DNA from: an uncultured Candidatus Binatia bacterium
GTDB lineage: Bacteria; Desulfobacterota; Binatia; UBA9968; JAJDTQ01
Reading direction: 5' to 3'
Assembly (NCBI GenBank): GCA_965242525.1
Contig: OZ251459.1
Span: 480,001-544,000 of the forward strand
Length of the DNA: 64,000 bases
Below, one piece after another: positions 19,665-28,899 of this stretch. The notes beneath the pieces are model-generated. The model did no database searches. It was not told where the DNA came from and was given only the letters and a program-made list of their open reading frames with translations. The position numbers and the translations under genes were made by a program. Every line of letters begins with the position of its first letter. The first letter of the stretch is position 1.

Positions 19665-20117
19665 TCAGAGCAGGGCGACCTCGTCGCCGGGCCGTATGAC
19701 GCCGCCCTTGACCACCAGCGCGCAGACGCCGCTCTTGCCCACGAGGGCCCGGGTGAGGCCCGGCTCGGTAATGGACTCGATGTAGGCGCACGGCGGCCGC
19801 GGCCGGTCGAAGGCCAGGACCGCTTCCCCCGCGCGAAAGGCGCGTCCCGCCAGGTCGGCAAGGCGGACGCCGCGGGTGACGATGTTGCGCCGGTGTTCGC
19901 CGTGGAGCACGCCCAGGCCCGAGGCGGCCGCTACCGCCTCCAGGTCCTCCGCCTCGATGAGGGTGACCTGGCACTCGTCCCACCCGCTGTAGTGGCCCAC
20001 CCGCTCGCAGTAGCGGTCGCCCTTGAGGCCCATGCTGGCCACGGCCTCCGCCTCATGGACTTTCTGCATGCGCGCGCCGCCTTCGGGCGCAACGTAGATC
20101 TCGTGAACCGTACCCAT
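19665..20117 (-). CDS. MOSC domain protein
   Basis: GLKGDRY, QVTLIEAE, RRNIVTRG, RPPC, GGVIRPGD. Confidence 0.88.
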   Translation of the reverse strand: MGTVHEIYVAPEGGARMQKVHEAEAVASMGLKGDRYCERVGHYSGWDECQVTLIEAEDLEAVAAASGLGVLHGEHRRNIVTRGVRLADLAGRAFRAGEAVLAFDRPRPPCAYIESITEPGLTRALVGKSGVCALVVKGGVIRPGDEVALL

Positions 20118-20314
20118 GCGGACTCCCGCGGCGGAGCGGCCCCGCCCGCCCAACCGGACAAGATCATCCGGCGGCCTTACGGTGGACACCCGCGCCAAGC
20201 GTGGCGTGGCGTCCCCGCCTACCCGAACGGACGAGGCCCTCGGCGTAGCGCGCCGAGTTGCTCGTTCGGCCCCATGTCCCGTTCAGGGTTAACGCCGGGT
20301 TTCCCGGTTTGTCA

Positions 20315-20584
20315 AGCGCGGTTGACTCGCGGGAACCCGGCTTCCGGAGGACGCGGACCCGATCATGGACTTTCGGGTTCCCGCGTGCGCGAGGGCCAGG
20401 GGTCTTCCCGCCTCGGCCCCGGGGTCGTCTTGCGCGGTTCCCCGCGTGCGCGGGGGCCAAGGTCGAGCGGCCGTCCGTCGCGTCCGGAGATCAGGCGGTT
20501 TCCCGCATATGCGGGAACCAAGGCGCGCCGTCATTCCCGCGAAAGCGGGAATCCACCGGATTCCCACGCAATCGAGGGCGCAGG
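20315..20584. repeat. Decayed array of TTCCCGC-N4-GCGGGAA hairpins, 60-61 nt period, with one intact GTCATTCCCGCGAAAGCGGGAATCCA copy (20530-20555)
   Basis: Related ~27-nt units start at 20376, 20436, 20497, 20558, with a partial one near 20315. Confidence 0.65.
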
Positions 20585-20630
20585 AAACCTCCGGTTGGCA
20601 ATCCTTGGCTCCCGGCTCTAAATTGGGGGC

Positions 20631-21290
20631 ATGGACATGGGCGCGGTTCTGCTCGTCATCCACATCGCCGCGGGTTCGGCGGCGCTGGCCGCGGCCGCGG
20701 CAGCGCTGCTCACGGTCAAGGGCGGCGCCCGTCACAAGGGGGCGGGGAGGGTCTATGCCGCGGCCATGGGACTGGTGGCGGTGACCGCGCTGCCGTTGGC
20801 CGTGGCCGCGTCGGACGCGCTGCTGTCGCTGGTGGCGGTGTTCAGTTTCTACCTCGTGTTCGCCGGCTGGCGCTTCGCCCGGAACGGCAGCGGGGTCCCG
20901 CAGGCGGTGGACTGGGCCGCGGTGGCGGTCATGGGACTCACCGGACTGGCCATGTGGAGCTACGGCGCCGCGCTCTTCGCGCAGGGCGACGGCCAATGGG
21001 TCACCATGGCCGTATTCGGGTTCATCGCGCTGGCGCTGGGCGCCGTGGACCTGCGCTACCACCGGACGCGGCCCCGGTCCGGCCGCCAACGCATCGCCCG
21101 GCACCTCACCAACATGCTGGCCGGGACCATCGCCACCGTCACCGCGGTGGTGGTGGTCAACTTCGACACCCGCCCGGCCTGGCTGGCCTGGATCCTCCCG
21201 ACCCTCCTGATCACGCCGCTCATCGTCTGGTGGAACTGGCGCGTCCGACGCGAGCCCCGGTGGGGTCCGCCCCCTCGACGGGAGCATTGA
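20631..21290 (+). CDS. DUF2306-like integral membrane protein
   Basis: HIAAG..KGGARHKGAGRVY..RHLTNMLAGTIATVTA; 6-7 TM segments. Confidence 0.7.
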   Translation: MDMGAVLLVIHIAAGSAALAAAAAALLTVKGGARHKGAGRVYAAAMGLVAVTALPLAVAASDALLSLVAVFSFYLVFAGWRFARNGSGVPQAVDWAAVAVMGLTGLAMWSYGAALFAQGDGQWVTMAVFGFIALALGAVDLRYHRTRPRSGRQRIARHLTNMLAGTIATVTAVVVVNFDTRPAWLAWILPTLLITPLIVWWNWRVRREPRWGPPPRREH

Positions 21291-21402
21291 CGCAGGCTTG
21301 CGGCAAGCTACGGAACGCCAAGTTCCCGGGCAGTACTCCCGCGCCCGCGGGCGGCCTCGCGGGTTGCCGAACCGTCGGTCGCGCAAGCATCCGGTCGGGG
21401 AG

Positions 21403-23565
21403 TTACCAGACTACGCCCACGCCGCCGCGAACGCTCGCGTCGTCGCCGCTGGCAAGGGCTGCTCCCGCGTTGACGAACACGTGGCGCCCGACCCGGGCGC
21501 TCATGCCGATGGCCAGGGCCTGCTCGCTGCTGTAGTGGCCCGCGCCCACCCCGAGGAAGAACCGGTTGTCCCCCGGCACCACGTTGGGCAACGCGCTCAA
21601 CGCCGCCGACATGGCAGTGGCCTTGTTCAGACGGTCGCCGAGCGAGGTCATTCGCTGCTCCACTCCCGCCAACCGCCGGTCCATTCCGGACAGGTCACCG
21701 AAGTCCAGGGTGCGCAGGCGCACCGATCCGTCCCGGTTGGTGTCCTGCACCACCACCCGCCGCTGTTCTGCGGTTTCCGGCGCCTCGGGACCCGAACCGA
21801 TGGCGGGGGCCTTCTCGTAGTCGGCAGCGTCCGTCCGGGTCCCGAGGTCCCGGTTCAGGGGGGTCACCTCGGAGGAAAGCACTGCGGCGCCCCGCAGGGA
21901 GGCGCTCCGGGAAGGGGAGGCAGGGGAAGAGGTTGCGGCCTGTGTGGAGAGCCGCCCGTTGCTGTCCACGGTCACCACCCGGGTCCCTGAAGTGTGCTTG
22001 GCCAAGCCCGGCAACTCGTAGGTATGGTCATTGGTGCCGATGACCACCTTGTTCTGTCCGGCCGAAACTCCCGAACCGATGGCGATGCCCTTGTTCCCAG
22101 TAGCCGACGCGCCCTGGCCCAGAGCGATGCTTCCCGCGCCGGTAGCCCAGGCCGACCGGCCCAGGACGACACTGTTCTGGCCCCTAGCCTGAGCGTCGAC
22201 GCCCACGGCGACGCCGCCCGTGGTGACGGTCAACGCGACGACAGAAGAGAGTTTGCTATCGGTGAGACCCGAGACCGCATCCAGCGCGGTCACCTTATAG
22301 ACCTTATTCCCGATCCGAACATGGGTGGTGCTGCCGGTCCGGGTCGTGTCTTTCACATACGCATCTGCGTCGTCGTAGGTATTTCCCACCTTCACGGCGA
22401 GACCCCCAGAGCCGCCGGCCACCGCGCTTCTCCCGACAGCGACCGTGTAGTCACCGTGAGCGTGGGAGTCCTGGCCCACGGCGGTGCTGCGCGAGCCGCC
22501 GGCCTTGGCGGCCGCACCGAGGGCGGTGCTCCGTTCGCCGCTGGCTCGGCTCGTGCCGCCGACGGCTGTACTACCGTAGAGACCGGTTGCCCAGGACGAG
22601 TACCCGAGTGCCATGCTGGTACGGGTGGTGGCTCTGGACGAGGACCCGAGTGCCGTACTGGTGGGGGCGGTGGCTCCGGAACGGCTTCCCACTGCCGTGC
22701 CCCCGACTGTGTTAGCACCGTTGCCCAACGACACACCGCCATTAGCGTCAGCGCGCGCGCCCAAGGCGATGCCACCATTGGCTCGGGCGTTCCTTCCCAT
22801 TGCAATCGAAGTCCCGTCGGTGGCGTTGGCGTATGAGCCTATGGCTATGGCCTTCCAACCGGAGGCTTGGGATTGTTGGCCGATGGCGACGGCGCCGCGG
22901 CTCGTTGCGCTGGCTCCGACGCCGATGGCGGTGGCCCTGTACTCTGTTGCGCTGGCCCACTTGCCGATGGCCGTATTGTCCCCGGGGATCTCCGTTACAA
23001 GGCCTCGAAGGACTATCGAGCCGCCCAGAGGGGTCTCACTACGCGCTTTCTCGAGCTCGGTGACAAGGTATACGCCCTTATCCCCCTCAGGTTCCTCAAG
23101 GTAGGCATAGAGATAGGGGGGGTCGTTACGTTGGGTGGCTCTTTCCTGGGCGCGAATATAAGCCTGAGCATTACGATGCCGGTGGATCAGGTTGTCGCGC
23201 GTCAGGGTGTTGGTCTTATGGAACGCATCCAGGTGCCCCCGCCTAAGGGTGTAGGTGTATTCTGTGCCTGTGCTTGTGTCCGAATGTTTGATCTTGACAT
23301 AACCGTAGTCCGGACTATCGCCCGCCGGCTTTGCAATGTAGGCGGCGACGTCCTTGAATATCGGGATGTGGGTCGTGTCATTGGCGTCCTCTCCGAGCTT
23401 GACTGCCCAGGCCGGAGAGGCGGCGAAGCAGGAGAGGCCGAGCAGGACGGACAGGACACCCGCGGCAATGCGCCGGCGAGGTCGCAGGTGGGTTGGAGTT
23501 GGGAGGGGGATGCGGCGGTCAGGGGCTGCGCAGTCGGGATCATTCGTCATGGGTTCTGGATTCAT
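21403..23565 (-). CDS. Trimeric autotransporter adhesin (YadA-like)
   Basis: Signal peptide ending ..SPAWA; many 14-aa head repeats (AxAIGxxAxA); coiled coil then YadA anchor (AMSAALSALP..GVGAGHYSSEQALAIG..GGVGVVW); AAGGAGG RBS before ATG 23565. Confidence 0.92.
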   Translation of the reverse strand: MNPEPMTNDPDCAAPDRRIPLPTPTHLRPRRRIAAGVLSVLLGLSCFAASPAWAVKLGEDANDTTHIPIFKDVAAYIAKPAGDSPDYGYVKIKHSDTSTGTEYTYTLRRGHLDAFHKTNTLTRDNLIHRHRNAQAYIRAQERATQRNDPPYLYAYLEEPEGDKGVYLVTELEKARSETPLGGSIVLRGLVTEIPGDNTAIGKWASATEYRATAIGVGASATSRGAVAIGQQSQASGWKAIAIGSYANATDGTSIAMGRNARANGGIALGARADANGGVSLGNGANTVGGTAVGSRSGATAPTSTALGSSSRATTRTSMALGYSSWATGLYGSTAVGGTSRASGERSTALGAAAKAGGSRSTAVGQDSHAHGDYTVAVGRSAVAGGSGGLAVKVGNTYDDADAYVKDTTRTGSTTHVRIGNKVYKVTALDAVSGLTDSKLSSVVALTVTTGGVAVGVDAQARGQNSVVLGRSAWATGAGSIALGQGASATGNKGIAIGSGVSAGQNKVVIGTNDHTYELPGLAKHTSGTRVVTVDSNGRLSTQAATSSPASPSRSASLRGAAVLSSEVTPLNRDLGTRTDAADYEKAPAIGSGPEAPETAEQRRVVVQDTNRDGSVRLRTLDFGDLSGMDRRLAGVEQRMTSLGDRLNKATAMSAALSALPNVVPGDNRFFLGVGAGHYSSEQALAIGMSARVGRHVFVNAGAALASGDDASVRGGVGVVW

Positions 23566-23631
23566 GGTTTCCTCCTTTTCGGAACACCTGGGTTTGTTCG
23601 AGACCTCTTGCATGAAGCGGGTCTCTTTCCG

Positions 23632-23691
23632 TTACTGGCAACCACGATTCTCCGGCTCCAGTGAACGGCGACGCCTCCTGATTTCGTTCAT
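23632..23691 (-). CDS. Putative 19-aa leader peptide MNEIRRRRRSLEPENRGCQ
   Basis: Strong SD (GGAGGTGA) just before the ATG; stop lies 66 nt upstream of the adhesin start. Confidence 0.3.
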   Translation of the reverse strand: MNEIRRRRRSLEPENRGCQ

Positions 23692-23929
23692 GGTGTCACC
23701 TCCGTCGTATGTTGTTGCGAAAGGCGCCCTTGAGAATGGAATACAGAGGTCCGGCCCGGGTTCGGCGCCGGGACCGGGACCGGGGCGCGGAACCGGAGGT
23801 CGGACGGAGTCCGGGTTCGGAACGGAGCGGGACGAGGGCCGGAAAGCATCGGCCCGGCAGATGGATAAGAGGGGAAAGGGTAGAAAAAACCCTTGTAAGT
23901 CGAACGGTTAGAGGATTTCCGGAAAATCT

Positions 23930-23956
23930 GGGGGGGGGGGGGGGGGGGGGGGGGGG
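23930..23956. repeat. Homopolymer G27 tract upstream of the adhesin
   Basis: Counted directly: 27 consecutive G. Confidence 0.9.
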
Positions 23957-24291
23957 TGCCTCTCGTGGAGAGTCCTACGGTCTTGTGCGGGAATGATCTT
24001 CGAACCTGTCATGGGTTCCGGTCGGGTTACGGTCAACCGACCTGAGCTTGCCGGGAGCATCTACACACAAATCCCGGCGGGTGTCAAGGGGAGATTCGGC
24101 CCATGTGGGTCAGCGCAAGGTGACCCGGTATCGAGCGCCAGGAGGAACAGGACTTTATCCACCGGAATCGGCCCAAGTCTTCGATATCCGGTTCGCGGAA
24201 CGCGCGGAATCGCTCCGGCTTCAGACTGTGGATCTCGATGGGCATGGCGTTCTCCTTGCGGCGTCCCCGCGGCCCGGCGCCGTCCGTTGGG

Positions 24292-25167
24292 TCAGGGTTG
24301 GCCCGGGTCCGCGTAGTAGTGCTCGTAGTACCAGTCGGCGATCTCGCTTCCGGTGGCGCGCCAGACGCCTTCGTGGCCGCAGATGTATTCCAGGGCGAGG
24401 TCCAGGTACCGGATGCGGAGGGGGACGCCGATGATGAAGGGGTGGAGGGGGAGAGCCATGACGACGCCGTTGCGCTCGCCGTCCCGGTAGAGCACGTCGA
24501 ACTGGTCGCAGACCTGCCGGAAGTACTCCCGCGGCGTGTAGTGGGAGCGCAGGAAGAAGTTGATGTCGTTGAGGCCCTGCTCGTAAGGCATGGCGATCAT
24601 GCGCCCGCTCCGCACCCGCATGGCCACCGGCTGGTCGTCGAAGCCCCAGTCGCACAGGTAGTCGAAGCCCTCGGCCGCCAAGTGGTCGGGGGTGTCGAAG
24701 GTCTCGGCCAGGGCGGGTCCGAGCCAGCCCCGGGGCGCCTGTCCCGTGGCCGCGGCGATGTCGTTCCGCACCTGCCGGATCACGGAGCGCTCCTCTTCCG
24801 GGGGATAGTCGGTCAGGGGCCGGTTGTTGGTGACGCCGTGCCCCAGCCATTCCCAGCCCCGTTCGTTGCCCTCCTCGATGATCTCCGGGTGGTGGGCGCA
24901 GACCTCGGAGTTCAACTGGGCGCTGGCCCGGACGCCGTGCCTGTCCAGCACCTCCATCATCCGGAAGACGCCCACCCGCGCGCCGTAGTCGCGCTGGGCG
25001 TAGCTGCGCACGTCCGGCGCCTTGGACAGCCCGAAGTTGGGTATGGTCCGGTCGATGTGGAAGTACTCGATGTTGGGGCTCACCCAAAGGGCGAGCCTTG
25101 CGTCGTCGGGCCACCGGAGTGGCGGCCGCGTGACGATGGGTCGATAGTCGTAACGGCGGTTCTCCAT
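24292..25167 (-). CDS. Polysaccharide deacetylase family, PuuE/allantoinase-like
   Basis: YRPIVTRPPLRWP, RDYGARVGVFR, WEWLGHG, GWLGPALAET, DDQP, LHPFIIG. Confidence 0.88.
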   Translation of the reverse strand: MENRRYDYRPIVTRPPLRWPDDARLALWVSPNIEYFHIDRTIPNFGLSKAPDVRSYAQRDYGARVGVFRMMEVLDRHGVRASAQLNSEVCAHHPEIIEEGNERGWEWLGHGVTNNRPLTDYPPEEERSVIRQVRNDIAAATGQAPRGWLGPALAETFDTPDHLAAEGFDYLCDWGFDDQPVAMRVRSGRMIAMPYEQGLNDINFFLRSHYTPREYFRQVCDQFDVLYRDGERNGVVMALPLHPFIIGVPLRIRYLDLALEYICGHEGVWRATGSEIADWYYEHYYADPGQP

Positions 25168-25339
25168 TGGCAACCCTCCCCCGAACGCCCGGCGGTCAGG
25201 ATAGCATCGACCTTGCGGCAACGCGACAAGAGGCCATGAGCGGGGCCGCTTGCGGGTCATGGCCCGCACCCCGGCGCCGCGGCCATGCCGCGGATCCGGC
25301 GGGACCTCGCCGGTTGGCAATGGCCGCGGTTCGCGTTAG

Positions 25340-25511
25340 AGAAACCCGGAAGGATCGGGACAGAGGCAAGAGCGCGTCCTTCGACTCCGCTACGCTACGC
25401 TCAGGACGAACGGAGAACTTCGCTACGCTCAAGATGAACGGAGGACGAACGGGGATAGGAAGGTCAGGGTGAGGGAATCCATCCCGGATGTCCCGATCGT
25501 CCAGGGGTTCC
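25340..25511 (-). repeat. MITE-like repeat family A (degenerate TIRs, partly duplicated core)
   Basis: Reverse complement of core CCGTTCGTCCTGAGCGTAGC..GTCGAAGGACGCGCT at 25371-25413. Confidence 0.85.
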
Positions 25512-25557
25512 CCGGGGCATGGGGCACGGCCGCGGAGTATCAGCGGGAGGAAACGTC

Positions 25558-27795
25558 ATGGACATGGATCCGGTCCGGTACGAAGTGTTCCTGCATCGGT
25601 TGTGGGCCATCGGGGAGGAGGGGCGCCAGACCCTCCAGCGGGTGACGGCCTCTCCCATCGTGGCCCAGGGCGGCGAGGTCATGAGTTCGTTCTACGACAC
25701 CGGGGGGAAGATGGTGCTGGCCTGCTCGGGCCACCTGCGGTTCGCCGGCGCCACCTCCGACGCCATCAAGTACCTCATCGAGTGGTACGGCGAGTCTCCG
25801 GGCTTCTTCGACGGGGACCAGATCTTCTTCAACGACCCCTACGTGGCCGGCTCCCACACCTACGACATGATGGTCATCAAGCCCATATTCCACCGGGGCG
25901 AGCTCATCGCCTGGACCGCCACCAGCACCCACACCGCGGACACCGGCGGGCTGCTCCGAGGCGCGGCCTCCGAGATCTTCCACGAAGGCATCCGCATCCT
26001 CGGGGTCAAGGTGGTGGAGAAGGGCGAGTTCCGCGAGGACGTCTTCCGGACCCTCACCGAGCAGTGCCGCGACCCGCAGTACGTGGGGCTGGACCTGAAG
26101 GCCATGATCGCGGGCAACAACGTGTGCGGCAGACGCTACCTGGAGCTGCTGGAGAAGTTCGGGCCGGAGTTCCTGGAGGCCGCGGGCCGGAAGACCATCC
26201 GGGACTCCGAGGACATGGCGCGGGCCAAGCTCCGCTCCCTGCCGGACGGCCGGTGGGTGTCGCGCATCTACACCACGGCGCTGGACAAGCGGACCGGCGC
26301 GGCCATGCCCATCCGGGTCATGTGCTCGGCCATCAAGGAGGGGGACCGGCTGAAGCTCGACTTCGACGGCAGCAGCCCGCAGATGGCCAACGACGCCAAC
26401 TCCACGTTGCCCAGCACCATCGCCCACGTGGGCGTGGCCCTCACCAACACGCTCTTCTGGGACGTGCCCTGGAGCGACGGGAAGCTCGCGCCGGTGGAGG
26501 TGTCCGTGCCCGAGGGGACGGTGCTCAACTGCGTGTTTCCCGCGGCCTGCGGTTTCGCCCCCTGGATCGGCGAGAAGCTGGTGGCCGCGGTGGTGGAGTG
26601 CATGGCCAAGATGCTCTACGCCGCGGGCCGGCTGGAAGACGTGAACGCGAGCTGGTACGGCCTCTGGGCCGCGGGCGGGCCGGGGTACTTCCCCGGCGGC
26701 ACCAACCGGGAGGGCATCCGCACCGCCCAGGGGATCTACGACATCCACGGCGGCGGCCTGGGCGCCGCGCCGCACCGGGACGGGGTCAACACCGGCGGCC
26801 ACATGAACATCCCGTCCGGCGGCATCAGCGACGTGGAGCGCATCGAGATGCAGTATCCGCTCCTCTATTTCACCCGCAACCACAACATGGACGGCCCCGG
26901 CGCCGGCCGGCACAGGGGCGGCCTCGGCAGCTTCCGCGTGACTATGGTCTATGGCTCCCGGGACTTCACCAACGACTACAAGCCCTACGGCGGCATCCCC
27001 CAGGGCGCCTTCGGCCTGTTCGGCGGCTACCCGGTGGGCAGCGGCGCGTTCCGGGCCATATTCGACCCGGCCGGGGACGCGTGGGAGCGCATGAGGGCCG
27101 GCGACTACCCTACGCATCCCGCCCAGGCGGCGGGGGACGGCTGGGGGAAAGTGCGCATTCCCGAAGGCGCTCCGGAGCGGGTGGCGGTGCCGGAGTTCAG
27201 CCTCATGTCCGACTTCACCGCCAGCGGCGGCGGTTTCGGCGACCCCCTGGAACGGGAGCCCGAGCGGGTGGCCCGGGACGTGAAGATCCGGGCGGTGTCG
27301 AAGGAGGCCGCGGAACGCCTCTACGGCGTGGTCCTCGGCCCGGGGGCCCCGTCCGTGGACGCGGAAGCCACCGGGGAGAAGCGCCGGCAGATACGCGCCG
27401 AGCGCCTCGCCGCGGGAACGCTGCTGGCGCCGCCCGGCGTCGCCGACCGGGGGCGGAGCTGGCGTTCATGGCTGCGGATGCACGAGTACCTGGAGGTCGT
27501 GTCGGACGACGCCGGCGCCCGGGCGGTGCGCTGCGTCTGCTGCGGCTACCTGTTCTGCAGCCCGAGGGAGAACTACAAGAAGCACAGCGTCCGTCTCGTG
27601 GCCACTCCGGAGGAGCTTTCGGGGACTCGGCTCCCCTCGGGCGAGGACTATCTGGGGCGGTTCCACCTGTACGTGTGCCCGGGGTGCGCCACCCTGCTCC
27701 AGGTGGACGTGTACTGTCCCGCCCTCGGCGGCGAGGAAGACCTCATGGACATCTCCGTGGGCGGCCAGGGTCCCGGGGATGAGGCGCCTTCGTAG
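25558..27795 (+). CDS. Hydantoinase B/acetone carboxylase alpha-type subunit fused to an acetone carboxylase gamma-like Zn domain
   Basis: FFNDPY..SHTYD, HTADTGG, IFHEG, GAGRHRGGLG, GGGFGDPLER; C-terminal MHEYL..RCVCCG..ENYK..CPGCATLL. Confidence 0.85.
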   Translation: MDMDPVRYEVFLHRLWAIGEEGRQTLQRVTASPIVAQGGEVMSSFYDTGGKMVLACSGHLRFAGATSDAIKYLIEWYGESPGFFDGDQIFFNDPYVAGSHTYDMMVIKPIFHRGELIAWTATSTHTADTGGLLRGAASEIFHEGIRILGVKVVEKGEFREDVFRTLTEQCRDPQYVGLDLKAMIAGNNVCGRRYLELLEKFGPEFLEAAGRKTIRDSEDMARAKLRSLPDGRWVSRIYTTALDKRTGAAMPIRVMCSAIKEGDRLKLDFDGSSPQMANDANSTLPSTIAHVGVALTNTLFWDVPWSDGKLAPVEVSVPEGTVLNCVFPAACGFAPWIGEKLVAAVVECMAKMLYAAGRLEDVNASWYGLWAAGGPGYFPGGTNREGIRTAQGIYDIHGGGLGAAPHRDGVNTGGHMNIPSGGISDVERIEMQYPLLYFTRNHNMDGPGAGRHRGGLGSFRVTMVYGSRDFTNDYKPYGGIPQGAFGLFGGYPVGSGAFRAIFDPAGDAWERMRAGDYPTHPAQAAGDGWGKVRIPEGAPERVAVPEFSLMSDFTASGGGFGDPLEREPERVARDVKIRAVSKEAAERLYGVVLGPGAPSVDAEATGEKRRQIRAERLAAGTLLAPPGVADRGRSWRSWLRMHEYLEVVSDDAGARAVRCVCCGYLFCSPRENYKKHSVRLVATPEELSGTRLPSGEDYLGRFHLYVCPGCATLLQVDVYCPALGGEEDLMDISVGGQGPGDEAPS

Positions 27796-27813
27796 GGTTC
27801 GACCACCGTTCCG

Positions 27814-28695
27814 TCATTCCCGGGCCTTCCCGTCCGGGGTCCGGTAGTAATGCCGGTAGTACCAGTCGGCGATCTCGCCCGCGGTGGTCTTCCACACGCC
27901 GTCGTGGGAGCAGATGTAGTCCAGGGCCCGGTCCAGGGCGCCGATGCGGAAGGGCAGGGCGGTGACGTACGGGTGCAGCGGGATGGCCATGACCCGTCCG
28001 CCCCGTTCGCCTTCCCGGTAGAGGGTGTCGAACTGGTCGCAGACCATCCGGTGGTACTCCGCCGGCGTATGGTTGGCGTGGACGAACAGGGAGATGTCGT
28101 TGATCCCCTGCTGGTAGGGGACCGTGACCATGCGGCCCGCCTTGACGCGCATGGGGACGGGCTGGTCGTCGCAGCCCCAGTCGCACAGGTACTCGAACCC
28201 CGCGGCGGCCAGGTGGTCCGGCGTGTCCCAGGTCTCCGCGAGGCCCGGACCCAGCCAGCCCTTGGGGGCCTTGCCCGTGAAGTGGGCGATGAGGTCGCGC
28301 ACCTTGCGTATGACCTTGCGCTCCTTCTTGGCGCCGTACGCGTTCATCCGCGTGTTGTTGTTCATGCCGTGGCCCAGCCATTCCCAGGAGCGCCGGTTGC
28401 CTTCCTCGATGATGGCCGGGTGCCGGGCGCACACCTCGGCGTTGAGCAGCACGCTCGCCCGCAGGTCGTAGCGGTCGAACACCTCCATCAGGCGGAACAC
28501 CCCTACCCGTGAGCCGTAGTCCCTCAGGGAATAGGACTGCACGTCCGGCAGCGGCTCGTGGACCCGGGGCAGGGCCTTGTCCACGTGGAAGCATTCGATG
28601 TTGGGCCCGAGCCAGAGGGCGACGCGTGCGCCCCCGGGCCATTCCAGCCGGGGCCGGTGGACGATGGGACTGTAGTCGTAACGCGTGCTGTGCAT
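27814..28695 (-). CDS. Polysaccharide deacetylase family, PuuE-like (paralog of 24292-25167)
   Basis: Same motif set: YSPIVHRP, RDYGSRVG, WEWLGHG, GWLGPGLAET, DDQP, LHPY. Confidence 0.88.
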   Translation of the reverse strand: MHSTRYDYSPIVHRPRLEWPGGARVALWLGPNIECFHVDKALPRVHEPLPDVQSYSLRDYGSRVGVFRLMEVFDRYDLRASVLLNAEVCARHPAIIEEGNRRSWEWLGHGMNNNTRMNAYGAKKERKVIRKVRDLIAHFTGKAPKGWLGPGLAETWDTPDHLAAAGFEYLCDWGCDDQPVPMRVKAGRMVTVPYQQGINDISLFVHANHTPAEYHRMVCDQFDTLYREGERGGRVMAIPLHPYVTALPFRIGALDRALDYICSHDGVWKTTAGEIADWYYRHYYRTPDGKARE

Positions 28696-28899
28696 CGGCG
28701 TCGCCTCCGTGTGCGAGTGGTTTGCGAGATGTCCGATCGCGGGGACGGTCCATCCGGTCCCGCGGGGGCGGCGATGGTCGGTCCGGGACGGCCTTCCCGC
28801 GGTTTGCCCGCCGCCAACGTCGGGTGTAGCATGGGGAACCCGTGACCGTCTAATGGCAAAGGGGCGTGCGACCGCGATCGCACGCGAAGGGGAAACCCG

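Noticed and set aside
23709-23996. ORF reading through the G tract as poly-Gly
   Set aside because: No recognisable protein features; the tract is treated as non-coding.
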